Positions 18,362-27,523 of a DNA stretch of 64,000 bases are shown in pieces (the first letter of the stretch is position 1; each line of letters opens with the position of its first letter). Origin of the DNA: an uncultured Alistipes sp. Lineage in GTDB: Bacteria > Bacteroidota > Bacteroidia > Bacteroidales > Rikenellaceae. Below the pieces are notes generated by a model that was not told the DNA's origin, did not search any database, and was given only the letters and a program-made list of their open reading frames with translations. Location of the stretch: contig USCH01000003.1 of NCBI GenBank assembly GCA_900553175.1, forward strand, positions 10,553 through 74,552, in the 5' to 3' direction. The position numbers and the translations under genes are program-made.

Positions 18362-19261
18362 TCACTTCGCCGATGTCGCGGTGCGGTAGCAGCCCATGCC
18401 GCACACCTCGGTCGAAGACTCTCCGGTGACGGGGTTCCAGGCGTTCACTCCGGTCTGCACCCGGATGAAGTCGATGTGGGTCAGCCGGGCCGGCTCGCCT
18501 TCGTCCGTCACGGCGTCGGCGATGCGGAAGCGGTTGGTCTGCCCCGCGGCGTCGATCGTCGAGGTGTTGTCGGCATAGCCCCATTCGAATGCCGTGAGGA
18601 GCCATCCCGCCGTACCCTCGAGGTCTCCCTGCCGGACGTTCTGCGGCAGCCGCGTCCCCTCGAAGGCGAGCGTTGCGGATTCGACCCAGGCGGGATAGTA
18701 GTTGGGCTGGGTGTGGAAGTCGTCCATGCGCCCCACCGTGCCGCTGCCGCCCAGATTGTCGCTCCAGGGCGTCGGCTCGCCGTCGGCCGCACGCGTGTAG
18801 ACGATGCGGTAGCCGCGGACGGTTTCGGGGTCGTCGTGGCGGCTGCCGCGCAGCTCGTACCAGATTTCGCCCTCGGACGATCCGTCGCCGTCGCTGTCCT
18901 GCGCCACCCACACGGTGCCCGGTTCGGAGGTGTTGCTGCCCTGGGTGTTGCCGCGCACCCAGAGCTCGTAGTCGTCCGCCGCGGGCACGCTGGCCGCGAA
19001 AGCCGCCTCGACATAGCCGCCCCAGCCGCCCAGCGAGAGGTAGTCGCCCGTGCGGATGCGCCGTTCGGCGTAGGCGCGGGCCTCTTCGGCGGTGCGGATG
19101 TCGCGGAATCCGCTTTTCGGTTCGTTGATGAACTGTCCCGGGGCGGGAGCGTAGGCGGTGATGCGGTCGACGTTCTCGGCCGTGCGCGAGGTGACGATCT
19201 CCTCGCCCGAGTTGCAGGCGGCCGCTGTGGCGGCCAGAAGGATGCAGAGGTGTTTTTTCAT
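18362..19261 (-). CDS. Surface lipoprotein of the PAPGQF family (BtuH-like putative cobamide-binding protein)
   Basis: Lipobox TAAAC; YAPAPGQFINE, SLGGWGGY, SEPGTVWV, WYELRGS, WGYADN, IDFIRVQTG and GESSTEV motifs; lies between btuG and btuB. Confidence 0.7.
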   Translation of the reverse strand: MKKHLCILLAATAAACNSGEEIVTSRTAENVDRITAYAPAPGQFINEPKSGFRDIRTAEEARAYAERRIRTGDYLSLGGWGGYVEAAFAASVPAADDYELWVRGNTQGSNTSEPGTVWVAQDSDGDGSSEGEIWYELRGSRHDDPETVRGYRIVYTRAADGEPTPWSDNLGGSGTVGRMDDFHTQPNYYPAWVESATLAFEGTRLPQNVRQGDLEGTAGWLLTAFEWGYADNTSTIDAAGQTNRFRIADAVTDEGEPARLTHIDFIRVQTGVNAWNPVTGESSTEVCGMGCYRTATSAK

Positions 19262-20331
19262 GGTTGCGTGCGTGCGGGTTTGAAGCAGAAGGCACCCGGC
19301 GTGATGCCCACGCGCAGGGTGTCGGTGCAGCGGCCGTCGGGCGTGAAGCGGTAGACTGCGCCGTGCTGCATGTAGTCGATGGCGTCGGCAACGTAGACCT
19401 CCGAAGTTTCGGGGTCGACGGCCAGACCGTAATAGGTGGTTTCGGTGTAGCGGAGGAACGGCTCGTCGGGCAGGGTTTCGGCGCCGACATCCATGCTCCA
19501 GACGTCGCGGGCGATGTAGAAGAGCCGGTCGCGGTCGCCGTTGAGCGTCAGCTCCGAAGGCATGGCGCCCGCCGGGAGCGGAAACCGCTCCTCGATCCGC
19601 CGAGTGGCGGCGTCGATGCGCCAGAGTGCGGCGCCCGAACCGTCCGAACCGTCGGTCGCCGTCCAGATTTTGCCGTTGCGGTCGAGGGCCAGCGACGTGG
19701 GCTGCCACCCCACGCGGATCGAGTCGACGAGCCGGTCGCACGTGGCGTCGACGACCAGAATCCGGTCGTCGTACGACCAGCAGTTGACGAAGACGAAGTC
19801 GCCCCACTGCACCATCTGTTCGGTCGAGCGGTGGCCGTTCATGCCGATCCGGCCGCGGATGCGGTTCGTCGTGAGGTCGACCACCGTGATGCGGGCGTCG
19901 TAAAGGTCGGTGACGTAGGCCGTTTCGGGGTCGTTCTCCAGAAAATGGATGTAGCGCGGCGAGACGACGCCTTCGATGAGCCCCTCGACGCGAAACGTGT
20001 CGGGATCGATGACGTAGATCACGCCCGAGTTGTTGACCACCACGTAGCCGCGGCCCCGGTGGATGGACATCGACTGGGCCACGTCGCCCAGCTTCATGCC
20101 GTTGGCGCGGATGAAGATTTCGTTTTCGAGGCGGCCCGTCGCGGGGTCGTAGAACGAAAGCGAGGCGTTGTCCCACGTGAAGTTGCCTTCCGAGGCGATG
20201 AACACCCCGCGCTGGGGCATGCGGAACGCCTCCTCCTCGTGCGGTCCGTAGTCCATGCAGGCCGCAGCGGCCGCGGCGATTCCGACCGCAGCGGCCGCCT
20301 GGAGGACGATATGTCGCAGATACCTCTTCAT
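19258..20331 (-). CDS. btuG: BtuG-like beta-propeller surface lipoprotein (YncE/DUF5074)
   Basis: Lipobox AAAAC; SEGNFTWDNASLSFYD, LGDVAQSM, YVVVNNS, SPRYIHF, YVTDLY and DAIDYMQ motifs; first gene after the riboswitch. Confidence 0.85.
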   Translation of the reverse strand: MKRYLRHIVLQAAAAVGIAAAAAACMDYGPHEEEAFRMPQRGVFIASEGNFTWDNASLSFYDPATGRLENEIFIRANGMKLGDVAQSMSIHRGRGYVVVNNSGVIYVIDPDTFRVEGLIEGVVSPRYIHFLENDPETAYVTDLYDARITVVDLTTNRIRGRIGMNGHRSTEQMVQWGDFVFVNCWSYDDRILVVDATCDRLVDSIRVGWQPTSLALDRNGKIWTATDGSDGSGAALWRIDAATRRIEERFPLPAGAMPSELTLNGDRDRLFYIARDVWSMDVGAETLPDEPFLRYTETTYYGLAVDPETSEVYVADAIDYMQHGAVYRFTPDGRCTDTLRVGITPGAFCFKPARTQP

Positions 20332-20433
20332 TTCCGCTATTCGGCGCAGCGCGGCGGGAGGGAGGCGCGGCGAGAGACCGGACGACGTTCCCCGCCCCAT
20401 TCACCGCAGGGCGCGTACACTGTTTCGAACGCA

Positions 20434-20608
20434 TGTCGGCAGGTCTTCTGACTCGTTGCCCTTCCGGCGCCTTCCCGCACCCCCGGGGGTGCAGTGGCTC
20501 AGCGATTGCCGGAAGCCGTTTGCAACACACAGCAGCGGGAACTGTTGCCGATTCGCACGGCATTCCCTTTTCACCCGGAACCCCCGGCGGGGATTCGGGA
20601 ACCGATGC
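20434..20608 (-). promoter_or_regulatory. Cobalamin riboswitch 2
   Basis: Minus strand: GAAAAGGGAATGCCGTGCGAATCGGCAACAGTTCCCGCTGCTGTG...GCCACTGCA...TGCGGGAAGGCG...GAGTCAGAAGACCTGCC; -7 element TATTTTTG at 20613-20620. Confidence 0.93.
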
Positions 20609-20790
20609 ACCGCAAAAATACGCTTTTTCGGCGGAATGCCCCAACGATTGAGACAAAAAAGATTAACTTTGCCGCAAATCGCTCGCGCGGAGCGGGTTGC
20701 CCGCTGCCGGACGGACGGACCGAAAACCCGTGTCCGGGAGCGGAATGCGGTGCGGGCCAACGGGTTGCGCCGTAAGAAAAAGATCGGACC

Positions 20791-23526
20791 ATGAAAAAAA
20801 CGCTGAAAATCACGCTTTCCGCCGTGGCCGTGCTACTGGCTGCGGCCCTCGTCGTGCCGCTGGCTCTGCGCGGCAGGGCGGGAGAGATCGTCAAACGCGA
20901 AGCCAATGCGATGCTGCGCGCGCGGCTCGATTTCTCGCGGCTGGACATCAGTCTGCTGCGGCATTTCCCCCATGCGTCGCTCGAACTTCGGGACCTGACG
21001 CTCGTGGGCGTCGACCGCTTCGAGGGCGATACGATCGCCGCCGCGGGACGTATCTCCGTGGTCGTCGACCTCATGTCGCTCTTCGGCGACGAGGGCTTCG
21101 AGGTGACGAAGGTCATTCTCTCCGATCCGGCGGTCAGGGCCCGCAAGTGCGCCGACGGCGCGGTGAACTGGGATGTGGTGAAACCCTCCGAACAACCCGC
21201 CGAGCCCTCCGCGGCGGACGAAAAGTCCGGGTCTTCGGCTTTCCGCCTGTCGGTCCGGGAGCTGCGCATCGAGGGGGCTTCGGTCCGCTACGACGACGAT
21301 TCGACGCACCTGCACTTCTCTGCCGCGCCGCTTTCGATGCGTCTGCGGGGCGATCTGTCGGCCGAGCGCACCGATCTGGCGCTGCGCCTCGATGCGCAGG
21401 GGATGACGCTCCGTTCGGGCGGCGTTCCGCTGCTCAGCGGTGCCGAAGCCGGGATCAAAGCCGTCGTGGCGGCCGATCTGAAAAACCGTCGCTTCACCCT
21501 GTCGGAGAACACCCTGCGGCTCAATGCCATCGAACTTTCGGTCGACGGCTGGGCCGAGCTGCGCGACGAAGCGCTGGCTCTGGACATGAAGGCCTCGTGC
21601 GAACGCGTGCGTTTCAAGGAGGTGCTGTCGCTCATCCCGGCTTTCTATACGCGCGAATTCCGCAACCTTTCGGCTTCGGGCGAACTGGACCTCGCCCTCT
21701 GGGCCCGGGGCGAACTGCGGGGCTCGTCGCTGCCCGCCTTCGAACTGCGGATCGGCGTGCGCGACGGCAGCTTCCGCTATTCGTCGCTGCCGCAGTCCGT
21801 CTCCGACATCCGGATCGCAGCCCGTGCGGCCAATCCCGGCGGCGGAATGGACCTCACCGAGATCGACCTCTCGGAGTGCTCGATGAAGATGGCCGGCAAC
21901 TCGCTGTCGGCGACGTTCCATGCCGCGCAGCTGGCGAGCGATCCCGTTTTCCGGGCTTCGGTCGACGGACATGTCGATCTGGGCTCGATCCGCGAGGTCT
22001 ACCCGCTGGAAAAGGGGGTCGAGCTTGACGGCGGGATCACGGCCGACATTCGGGTCGCCGGCCGCATGTCCGACATCGAGGCGCAGCGTTACGACCGGAT
22101 CGCCGCTTCGGGCACATTCGTCGTCGAAGGGGTGGACCTCGCCGTGGCCGAGCTGCCGGAGGTGCATGTGCGCCGCCTTGCCGCCACCATCACGCCCCAG
22201 AGCATGACGCTGGGCGATTTCGGCGTCACGGTGGGGCGCAGCGATCTTTCGGCCAACGGACAGCTGACCGGCTATCTGGGCTATCTGCTGCGCGGCGAAC
22301 GGCTTTCGGGCCGCCTCTACGTCAAGTCGCAGCTGCTCGATCTGAACGAACTTTTGGGGGCCGTGCCCGCTTCGGAGGATGCGGAGCAGGATAACTCCTC
22401 CGACGAGGCGCAGCCGCTGCGGACGCCCGTCGTGCCCGACAACCTCGATCTGTCGCTCCACACCGAACTCCGCAAGGTGCTGTTCCGGGAGATGACCCTC
22501 GGCGATCTGACGGGCGAGATGCGTGCGTCGGGCGGAACGCTGTCGCTCGACCGACTCGCGATGGAACTTTTCGGCGGCCGGGCCACCGCTTCGGGCCGTT
22601 ACTCCGCGGGCGGCGAGCCGCTGCGCGGTGTGGTGCGGATCAAGACGGCGCTTTCCGGGGCTTCGTTCGCCAGGACGTTCGAGGAGTCCGGAACGGTTCG
22701 CCGGCTCGTTCCCCTCTTCGCCAAGACGGGCGGCGACTATTCGCTGTCGCTCGACCTGAAGACGGCGCTCGACGGGAACCTGTCGCCCGACTTGCAGTCG
22801 GTCGACGCTTCGGGCGAGCTCCGCTCGGCCAATATCCGCCTGCAAAACATCGAGGCGTTCGATGCGCTGGCCCGGGTGCTCGGCAACGATGCCTTCCGGC
22901 GGATCGAGGCCCGCGACGTGGCGATTCGTTTCGCGATCCGCAACGGCCGGGTAGCGACGCAGCCGTTCGATCTGAAGTTGGGAGCCGCAACCCTCAATCT
23001 GTCGGGCTCCACGGGGCTGGACAGCACCATCGACTACACGGCGCGGGTTTCGCTGCCGGGCGGCGGATCGGCGATGCCCGAAACGCTCGATCTGAAGATC
23101 GGCGGCACGTTCTCCGATCCGGAGGTCCGGCTCGATGTGAAGAGTGCGGTCGAAGAGACGGTACGCAAGGTCGTCGACGAACAGGTGCAGCGCCTTACGG
23201 GGAGCGAATCGCTGGCGGACGAACTCGAAAAGCAGGCTGCGAATCTGCGCTCCGAGGCGCAGCGGGCCGGGGAGCGGCTGGTATCCGAAGCGCAGCGGGC
23301 GGGCGAAAAGCTGGTCGGCGAAGCGCAGCGTCAGCGCGACCGCCTCGTCTCCGAAGCGGCCCGGAAAGGCGCTTTGGCCAAGCTGGCGGCCGAAAAGGCG
23401 GGCGACAAACTGGTCGATGAGGCCGGGAAGCAGGCGGCCAAACTCACGGACGAAGCCGAACGGCAGGCCGCAAAGCTTCTGGAGGAGGCCGAACGGCAGA
23501 TCGAACGGCTCTCGGCGAACGACTGA
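20791..23526 (+). CDS. AsmA-family protein (bridge-like lipid transport family) with C-terminal helical repeats
   Basis: N-terminal TM anchor, ISLLRHFP, long beta-rich body, IRNGRVATQPFDLKLG..LSGSTGLDSTIDY..LKIGGTFSDP; divergent promoter TAACTTTG at 20664-20671. Confidence 0.85.
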   Translation: MKKTLKITLSAVAVLLAAALVVPLALRGRAGEIVKREANAMLRARLDFSRLDISLLRHFPHASLELRDLTLVGVDRFEGDTIAAAGRISVVVDLMSLFGDEGFEVTKVILSDPAVRARKCADGAVNWDVVKPSEQPAEPSAADEKSGSSAFRLSVRELRIEGASVRYDDDSTHLHFSAAPLSMRLRGDLSAERTDLALRLDAQGMTLRSGGVPLLSGAEAGIKAVVAADLKNRRFTLSENTLRLNAIELSVDGWAELRDEALALDMKASCERVRFKEVLSLIPAFYTREFRNLSASGELDLALWARGELRGSSLPAFELRIGVRDGSFRYSSLPQSVSDIRIAARAANPGGGMDLTEIDLSECSMKMAGNSLSATFHAAQLASDPVFRASVDGHVDLGSIREVYPLEKGVELDGGITADIRVAGRMSDIEAQRYDRIAASGTFVVEGVDLAVAELPEVHVRRLAATITPQSMTLGDFGVTVGRSDLSANGQLTGYLGYLLRGERLSGRLYVKSQLLDLNELLGAVPASEDAEQDNSSDEAQPLRTPVVPDNLDLSLHTELRKVLFREMTLGDLTGEMRASGGTLSLDRLAMELFGGRATASGRYSAGGEPLRGVVRIKTALSGASFARTFEESGTVRRLVPLFAKTGGDYSLSLDLKTALDGNLSPDLQSVDASGELRSANIRLQNIEAFDALARVLGNDAFRRIEARDVAIRFAIRNGRVATQPFDLKLGAATLNLSGSTGLDSTIDYTARVSLPGGGSAMPETLDLKIGGTFSDPEVRLDVKSAVEETVRKVVDEQVQRLTGSESLADELEKQAANLRSEAQRAGERLVSEAQRAGEKLVGEAQRQRDRLVSEAARKGALAKLAAEKAGDKLVDEAGKQAAKLTDEAERQAAKLLEEAERQIERLSAND

Positions 23527-23527
23527 T

Positions 23528-23550
23528 CGGGCGGCCGTCTCGGCCGCCCG
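23528..23550 (+). terminator. GC hairpin after asmA
   Basis: CGGGCGGCCG-TCT-CGGCCGCCCG; no U tract. Confidence 0.45.
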
Positions 23551-23964
23551 CCGGTGTCGGCCCGGAATTTTTCGGCAGTCGGTATTTTCGGTTCTTCATC
23601 ACCATGCACCCGCAGTCCACGACAGATAACAGCCATATTTTCCGCCCCGATGCCGACGCTTCGGAATCGCATCTCCGTCTTCTCCACCCTGCCGCGAAAG
23701 AATCGTTATAGAAATTTATCCGGTCTTTGGACGCCTCCCGAACATTGGTTTTCCGGCATGGCGCCTCGCATTGCGGCAGGGGGCCGGCTGTTCGGGCCGG
23801 CTTGAGTCTGGGGGCGTGGCCGGCCGGGGAGACGGACCTGCGAAAGAGCGGCGGCGGGGCGTGCCGTACGGGCGAAAAAGGGCGAATTGATCCCCTGACG
23901 CGAAATAAGGATTGCAATTCCGCGTTAATTGATTAATTTTGCGCATATTTACCCGAAAAGATCT

Positions 23965-26900
23965 ATGACTCTCTTCAAACGCTGGAACAACATCGTCGGC
24001 TGGGCGGTCTTCGCCGTCGCCGCGACGGTCTACCTGCTGACCATGGAGCCCGTCGCGAGCCTGTGGGACTGCTCGGAGTTCATCGCCACGAGCTACAAAC
24101 TCGAAGTGGGGCACCCTCCCGGAGCGCCTCTGTTCATGATGCTGGCCCGTCTGGCGACGCTCTTCGCACTGGGCAATCCCGACTATGTGGGCATGGCCGT
24201 CAACGCCATGAACTCGATCGCCAGCGCTTTCTGCATCCTCTTCCTTTTCTGGACGATCACCCATCTGGCCCGGCGGCTCCTGGTGCGCCGCAACGAGGCG
24301 CCGACCCGCTCGGAGACGTGGGCCGCGATCGGTGCGGGCATGGTGGGCGCCCTGGCCTACACCTTCACCGACACGTTCTGGTTTTCGGCCATCGAGGGCG
24401 AAGTCTACGCCCTCTCGTCGATGTTCACCGCGCTGGTGGTGTGGCTCATGCTCAAGTGGGAGGAGCAGGCCGACGAACCCCACGCCTCGCGCTGGATCGT
24501 GCTGATCGCCTATCTGATGGGACTTTCGATCGGTGTGCACATCCTCAATCTGCTGACCATTCCGGCACTGGTCTTCATCTACTACTTCCGCAAGACCGAA
24601 CGCGTCACCCTGCGCGGCATGGCCCTCGCCACGCTCGTCGCCGGAGCCATCCTGCTGGTCATCAACGGCATCATCATCCCCTATACGGTCTACGTCGGCG
24701 CCCTCTTCGACCTGTTCTTCGTCAACACGCTGGGACTTCCCGTGAATTCGGGAATCGTGGTCTTCTCGCTGGCGCTCCTGGGCGGCCTGGGGTGGGCTTC
24801 GTGGGCGACCCACAAGCACGGCAAGGTGGTCTGGAACGTCATCCTGCTCTCGGTGACGATGATTCTGGTGGGCTTCTCGTCCTACGCTTCGGTGACGATC
24901 CGCGCCGCGGTCAACCCGCCGATGAACTCCAACAACCCGAACAATCCGTTCGCGCTGCTGTCGCTGCTGAACCGCGACCAGTACGGCGACCGCCCGCTGC
25001 TCTACGGCGCCTACTATTCGGCGCCGCCCGAGGGGTATCGGGAGCGGCATTTCCACTACCTCGACGAGGACGGTAAATACAAGCCGCAGAGCGTCATTTC
25101 GGGGTACACCTACGCACCCGAGTTCATGCACCTCTTCCCGCGCATGTGGGATCACCGCAAGGGCGAGAAGGAGTACAAGCAGTGGGCGGCCTACCGCACC
25201 CGGACCGAGACGCTGCGCGACGAGGACGGCGGGATCGTCCGCGACGAACAGGGGCGGCCCGTGCGGGGCGAGGTGCTCGACTTCGGCCGCAAACGCATCT
25301 ACGACGACGGCTACGAGACGCGCACGGTCGTCGAGCCGACCTTCTGGGAGAATCTCAACTACTTCTTCAACTACCAGCTCTCGTACATGTACTGGCGCTA
25401 TTTCCTGTGGAACTTCGTGGGGCGCCAGAGCGACATCCAGCCCACGACGACGACCATCACCGACGGCTACTGGCTCTCGGGCGTCAAGTGGATCGACGAA
25501 CGGTTCGTGGGGCCGCAGGACGACCTGCCGCGCGAGGTGGCCGAAAACCGCGGACGCAACACCTACTATTTCCTGCCTTTCATCCTCGGACTGATCGGCC
25601 TCATCTACCAGCTCAACCGCGACCAGCGCAACTTTTCGATCGTCGTGTGGCTCTTCATCATGACGGGCGTGGCGCTGGTGGTCTACTTCAACTCCTCGCC
25701 GGGCGAGCCGCGCGAACGCGACTACGTCTATGCGGGATCGTTCTATGCCTTTTCGATCTGGATCGGGCTGGGCGTGCTGGCGCTGCGCGACCTTTTCGCC
25801 CGCCTGCTGCGCCGCACGGGCGTCGCTCCCGCGGCCGCAGCGACGATCGTCGGCCTGAGCGTGCCGGCCATCCTGGCGGCGCAGAACTGGGACGACCACG
25901 ACCGTTCGGGCCGTTACATGGCCCGCGACATCGGCTGGAACTACCTCATGTCGACGCTGCCCAACTCGATCATTCTCAACTACGGCGACAACGACACCTT
26001 CCCGCTGTGGAACAATCAGGAGGTCTACGGCGTGCGGCCCGACGTGCGGATCATGAACACCTCCTATCTGGGGGGCGAATGGTACATCGACGAGATGAAG
26101 ACCGCGGCCAACGATGCAGCGGGCGTGCCGTTCTCGCTGCCCAAGCGCAAGTACACCTACACCAACGACTGGCTCCCGGTGGACAACCGCCTCGACCGGG
26201 CGGTGGAGATCCGCGAAGTGATGGACTTCATCCGCAGCGACGACCCGCGCACGCAGCTCAAGCTCTCCGACGGGACGTCGGTCGACTACATCCCCGCCAA
26301 GCGGATCGCCCTGCCCGTCGATAAGGAGAATGCCGTCGCTTCGGGTATCGTGGCCGAGAAGGACCGCGACCTGATGGTCGACACGGTTTACATCGAACTG
26401 CGCAAGAACTCGATCGACAAGACCCAGCTGATGATCCTCGACATGCTGGCCAACTTCGACTGGAAGCGTCCGATCTACCTCACGCAGGTCTACATCCTTC
26501 AGGACCTCGGGCTGCTGGACTACCTCCAGTTCGACGGCTACGCCTACCGACTGGTGCCGATCCGCACGCCTGCGCAGAATCCGTGGGAGCTGGGCCGCAT
26601 CGACCCCGACTATGCCGCGCCGCTGCTGCGCGAGACGTTCCGTTACGGCAATCTGGCCGATCCTAAGGTCTATGTCGACTACTTCCTGCAATACAATCTG
26701 GCGGCGTCGCATGCCCGCGATGCGTTCGCGCGCGTGGCCAAGGAGCTGCTGCGGCAGGAGCGCACCGGGGAGGCGGTCGAACTGCTCGACATGGGCCTGG
26801 AGCGTTTCCCGACCTCGAAGATCCGCTTCACCGACATGAACACTTATCCCTACCTCGAAGCCTATTACGCGGCGGCGGCGATGGGGGAGGACGGTGCGGC

Positions 26901-27177
26901 CGAAAAGGGCGACGCGCTGCTGCGCGAATATGCCGGAACGCTCATCGAGTACATCGAGTATTACCTGCGTTTCGAGGGCGTGCAGGGCGACATGGTGTCG
27001 GGGCTGATCGACGACAAACTCGACGAACTGGGCGACCTCTACTATCTGGCCTCCTATGCCGGACGCCGCGAGGTGATCGCCGAGCTCAATGCCTACTACC
27101 GCACGCTGGGCGTTTCGGAGGATAGCCTCGTCGATGCGGGCGACCGTCCGCAGACGGAGGGACCGTCCACCGAGTAG
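23965..27177 (+). CDS. DUF2723 (TMEM260-like) multi-pass membrane protein, putative GT-C glycosyltransferase
   Basis: SLWDCSEFIATSYKLEVGHPPGAPLF, FWFSAIEGEVYA, GLSIGVH, PRERDYVY and GDNDTFPLW motifs. Confidence 0.88.
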   Translation: MTLFKRWNNIVGWAVFAVAATVYLLTMEPVASLWDCSEFIATSYKLEVGHPPGAPLFMMLARLATLFALGNPDYVGMAVNAMNSIASAFCILFLFWTITHLARRLLVRRNEAPTRSETWAAIGAGMVGALAYTFTDTFWFSAIEGEVYALSSMFTALVVWLMLKWEEQADEPHASRWIVLIAYLMGLSIGVHILNLLTIPALVFIYYFRKTERVTLRGMALATLVAGAILLVINGIIIPYTVYVGALFDLFFVNTLGLPVNSGIVVFSLALLGGLGWASWATHKHGKVVWNVILLSVTMILVGFSSYASVTIRAAVNPPMNSNNPNNPFALLSLLNRDQYGDRPLLYGAYYSAPPEGYRERHFHYLDEDGKYKPQSVISGYTYAPEFMHLFPRMWDHRKGEKEYKQWAAYRTRTETLRDEDGGIVRDEQGRPVRGEVLDFGRKRIYDDGYETRTVVEPTFWENLNYFFNYQLSYMYWRYFLWNFVGRQSDIQPTTTTITDGYWLSGVKWIDERFVGPQDDLPREVAENRGRNTYYFLPFILGLIGLIYQLNRDQRNFSIVVWLFIMTGVALVVYFNSSPGEPRERDYVYAGSFYAFSIWIGLGVLALRDLFARLLRRTGVAPAAAATIVGLSVPAILAAQNWDDHDRSGRYMARDIGWNYLMSTLPNSIILNYGDNDTFPLWNNQEVYGVRPDVRIMNTSYLGGEWYIDEMKTAANDAAGVPFSLPKRKYTYTNDWLPVDNRLDRAVEIREVMDFIRSDDPRTQLKLSDGTSVDYIPAKRIALPVDKENAVASGIVAEKDRDLMVDTVYIELRKNSIDKTQLMILDMLANFDWKRPIYLTQVYILQDLGLLDYLQFDGYAYRLVPIRTPAQNPWELGRIDPDYAAPLLRETFRYGNLADPKVYVDYFLQYNLAASHARDAFARVAKELLRQERTGEAVELLDMGLERFPTSKIRFTDMNTYPYLEAYYAAAAMGEDGAAEKGDALLREYAGTLIEYIEYYLRFEGVQGDMVSGLIDDKLDELGDLYYLASYAGRREVIAELNAYYRTLGVSEDSLVDAGDRPQTEGPSTE

Positions 27178-27203
27178 GGTGGCATGCGGATAGCGCATAT
27201 GCG

Positions 27204-27234
27204 ACAGCCCCTGCCGAAAGGCAGGGGCTGTTTT
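27204..27234 (+). terminator. Intrinsic terminator after the DUF2723 gene
   Basis: ACAGCCCCTGCC-GAAA-GGCAGGGGCTGT-TTT. Confidence 0.8.
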
Positions 27235-27523
27235 CGTGCGGGGTGGTGCTCCGGGGTGCTCGCCGGAATGCATCCGGCCGGCGGGATCGGGAGCTGCCGG
27301 AAATTTTCCGGGCTGCGGTTTCCCGGGGCAGTTCGAGTGCTTCCGGGGGCCGGACGGACTTCCGGGCCGCGGCGCCGGGGCGTGCTGCCCGGAGTGCGGT
27401 TTTTCCGAGAGGGCCGAGAGCGTGCGGGGCCGTGCGGCCTGCGGATGCGGCGTCGGGGTCGTGTGGCCTGCGGATGCGGCACCGAGAGCGTGCGGGCTTC
27501 GGTGATGCGGCGCCGGGCGGGGG

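Noticed and set aside
18362..20656. 764-aa ORF spanning the riboswitch and btuG
   Set aside because: Only the last 299 aa (from 19261) are protein-like; the rest overlaps btuG and the riboswitch.
23560..27313. Approximately 20-bp imperfect inverted repeats (GCCCGGAATTTTTCGGCAG / CTGCCGGAAATTTTCCGGGC) flanking the DUF2723 gene
   Set aside because: Short, imperfect and quasi-palindromic, with no recombinase or transposase nearby; probably chance or a generic intergenic motif.
27414..27496. CRISPR-like array
   Set aside because: Only two units with no unique spacers of proper length, and no cas genes.
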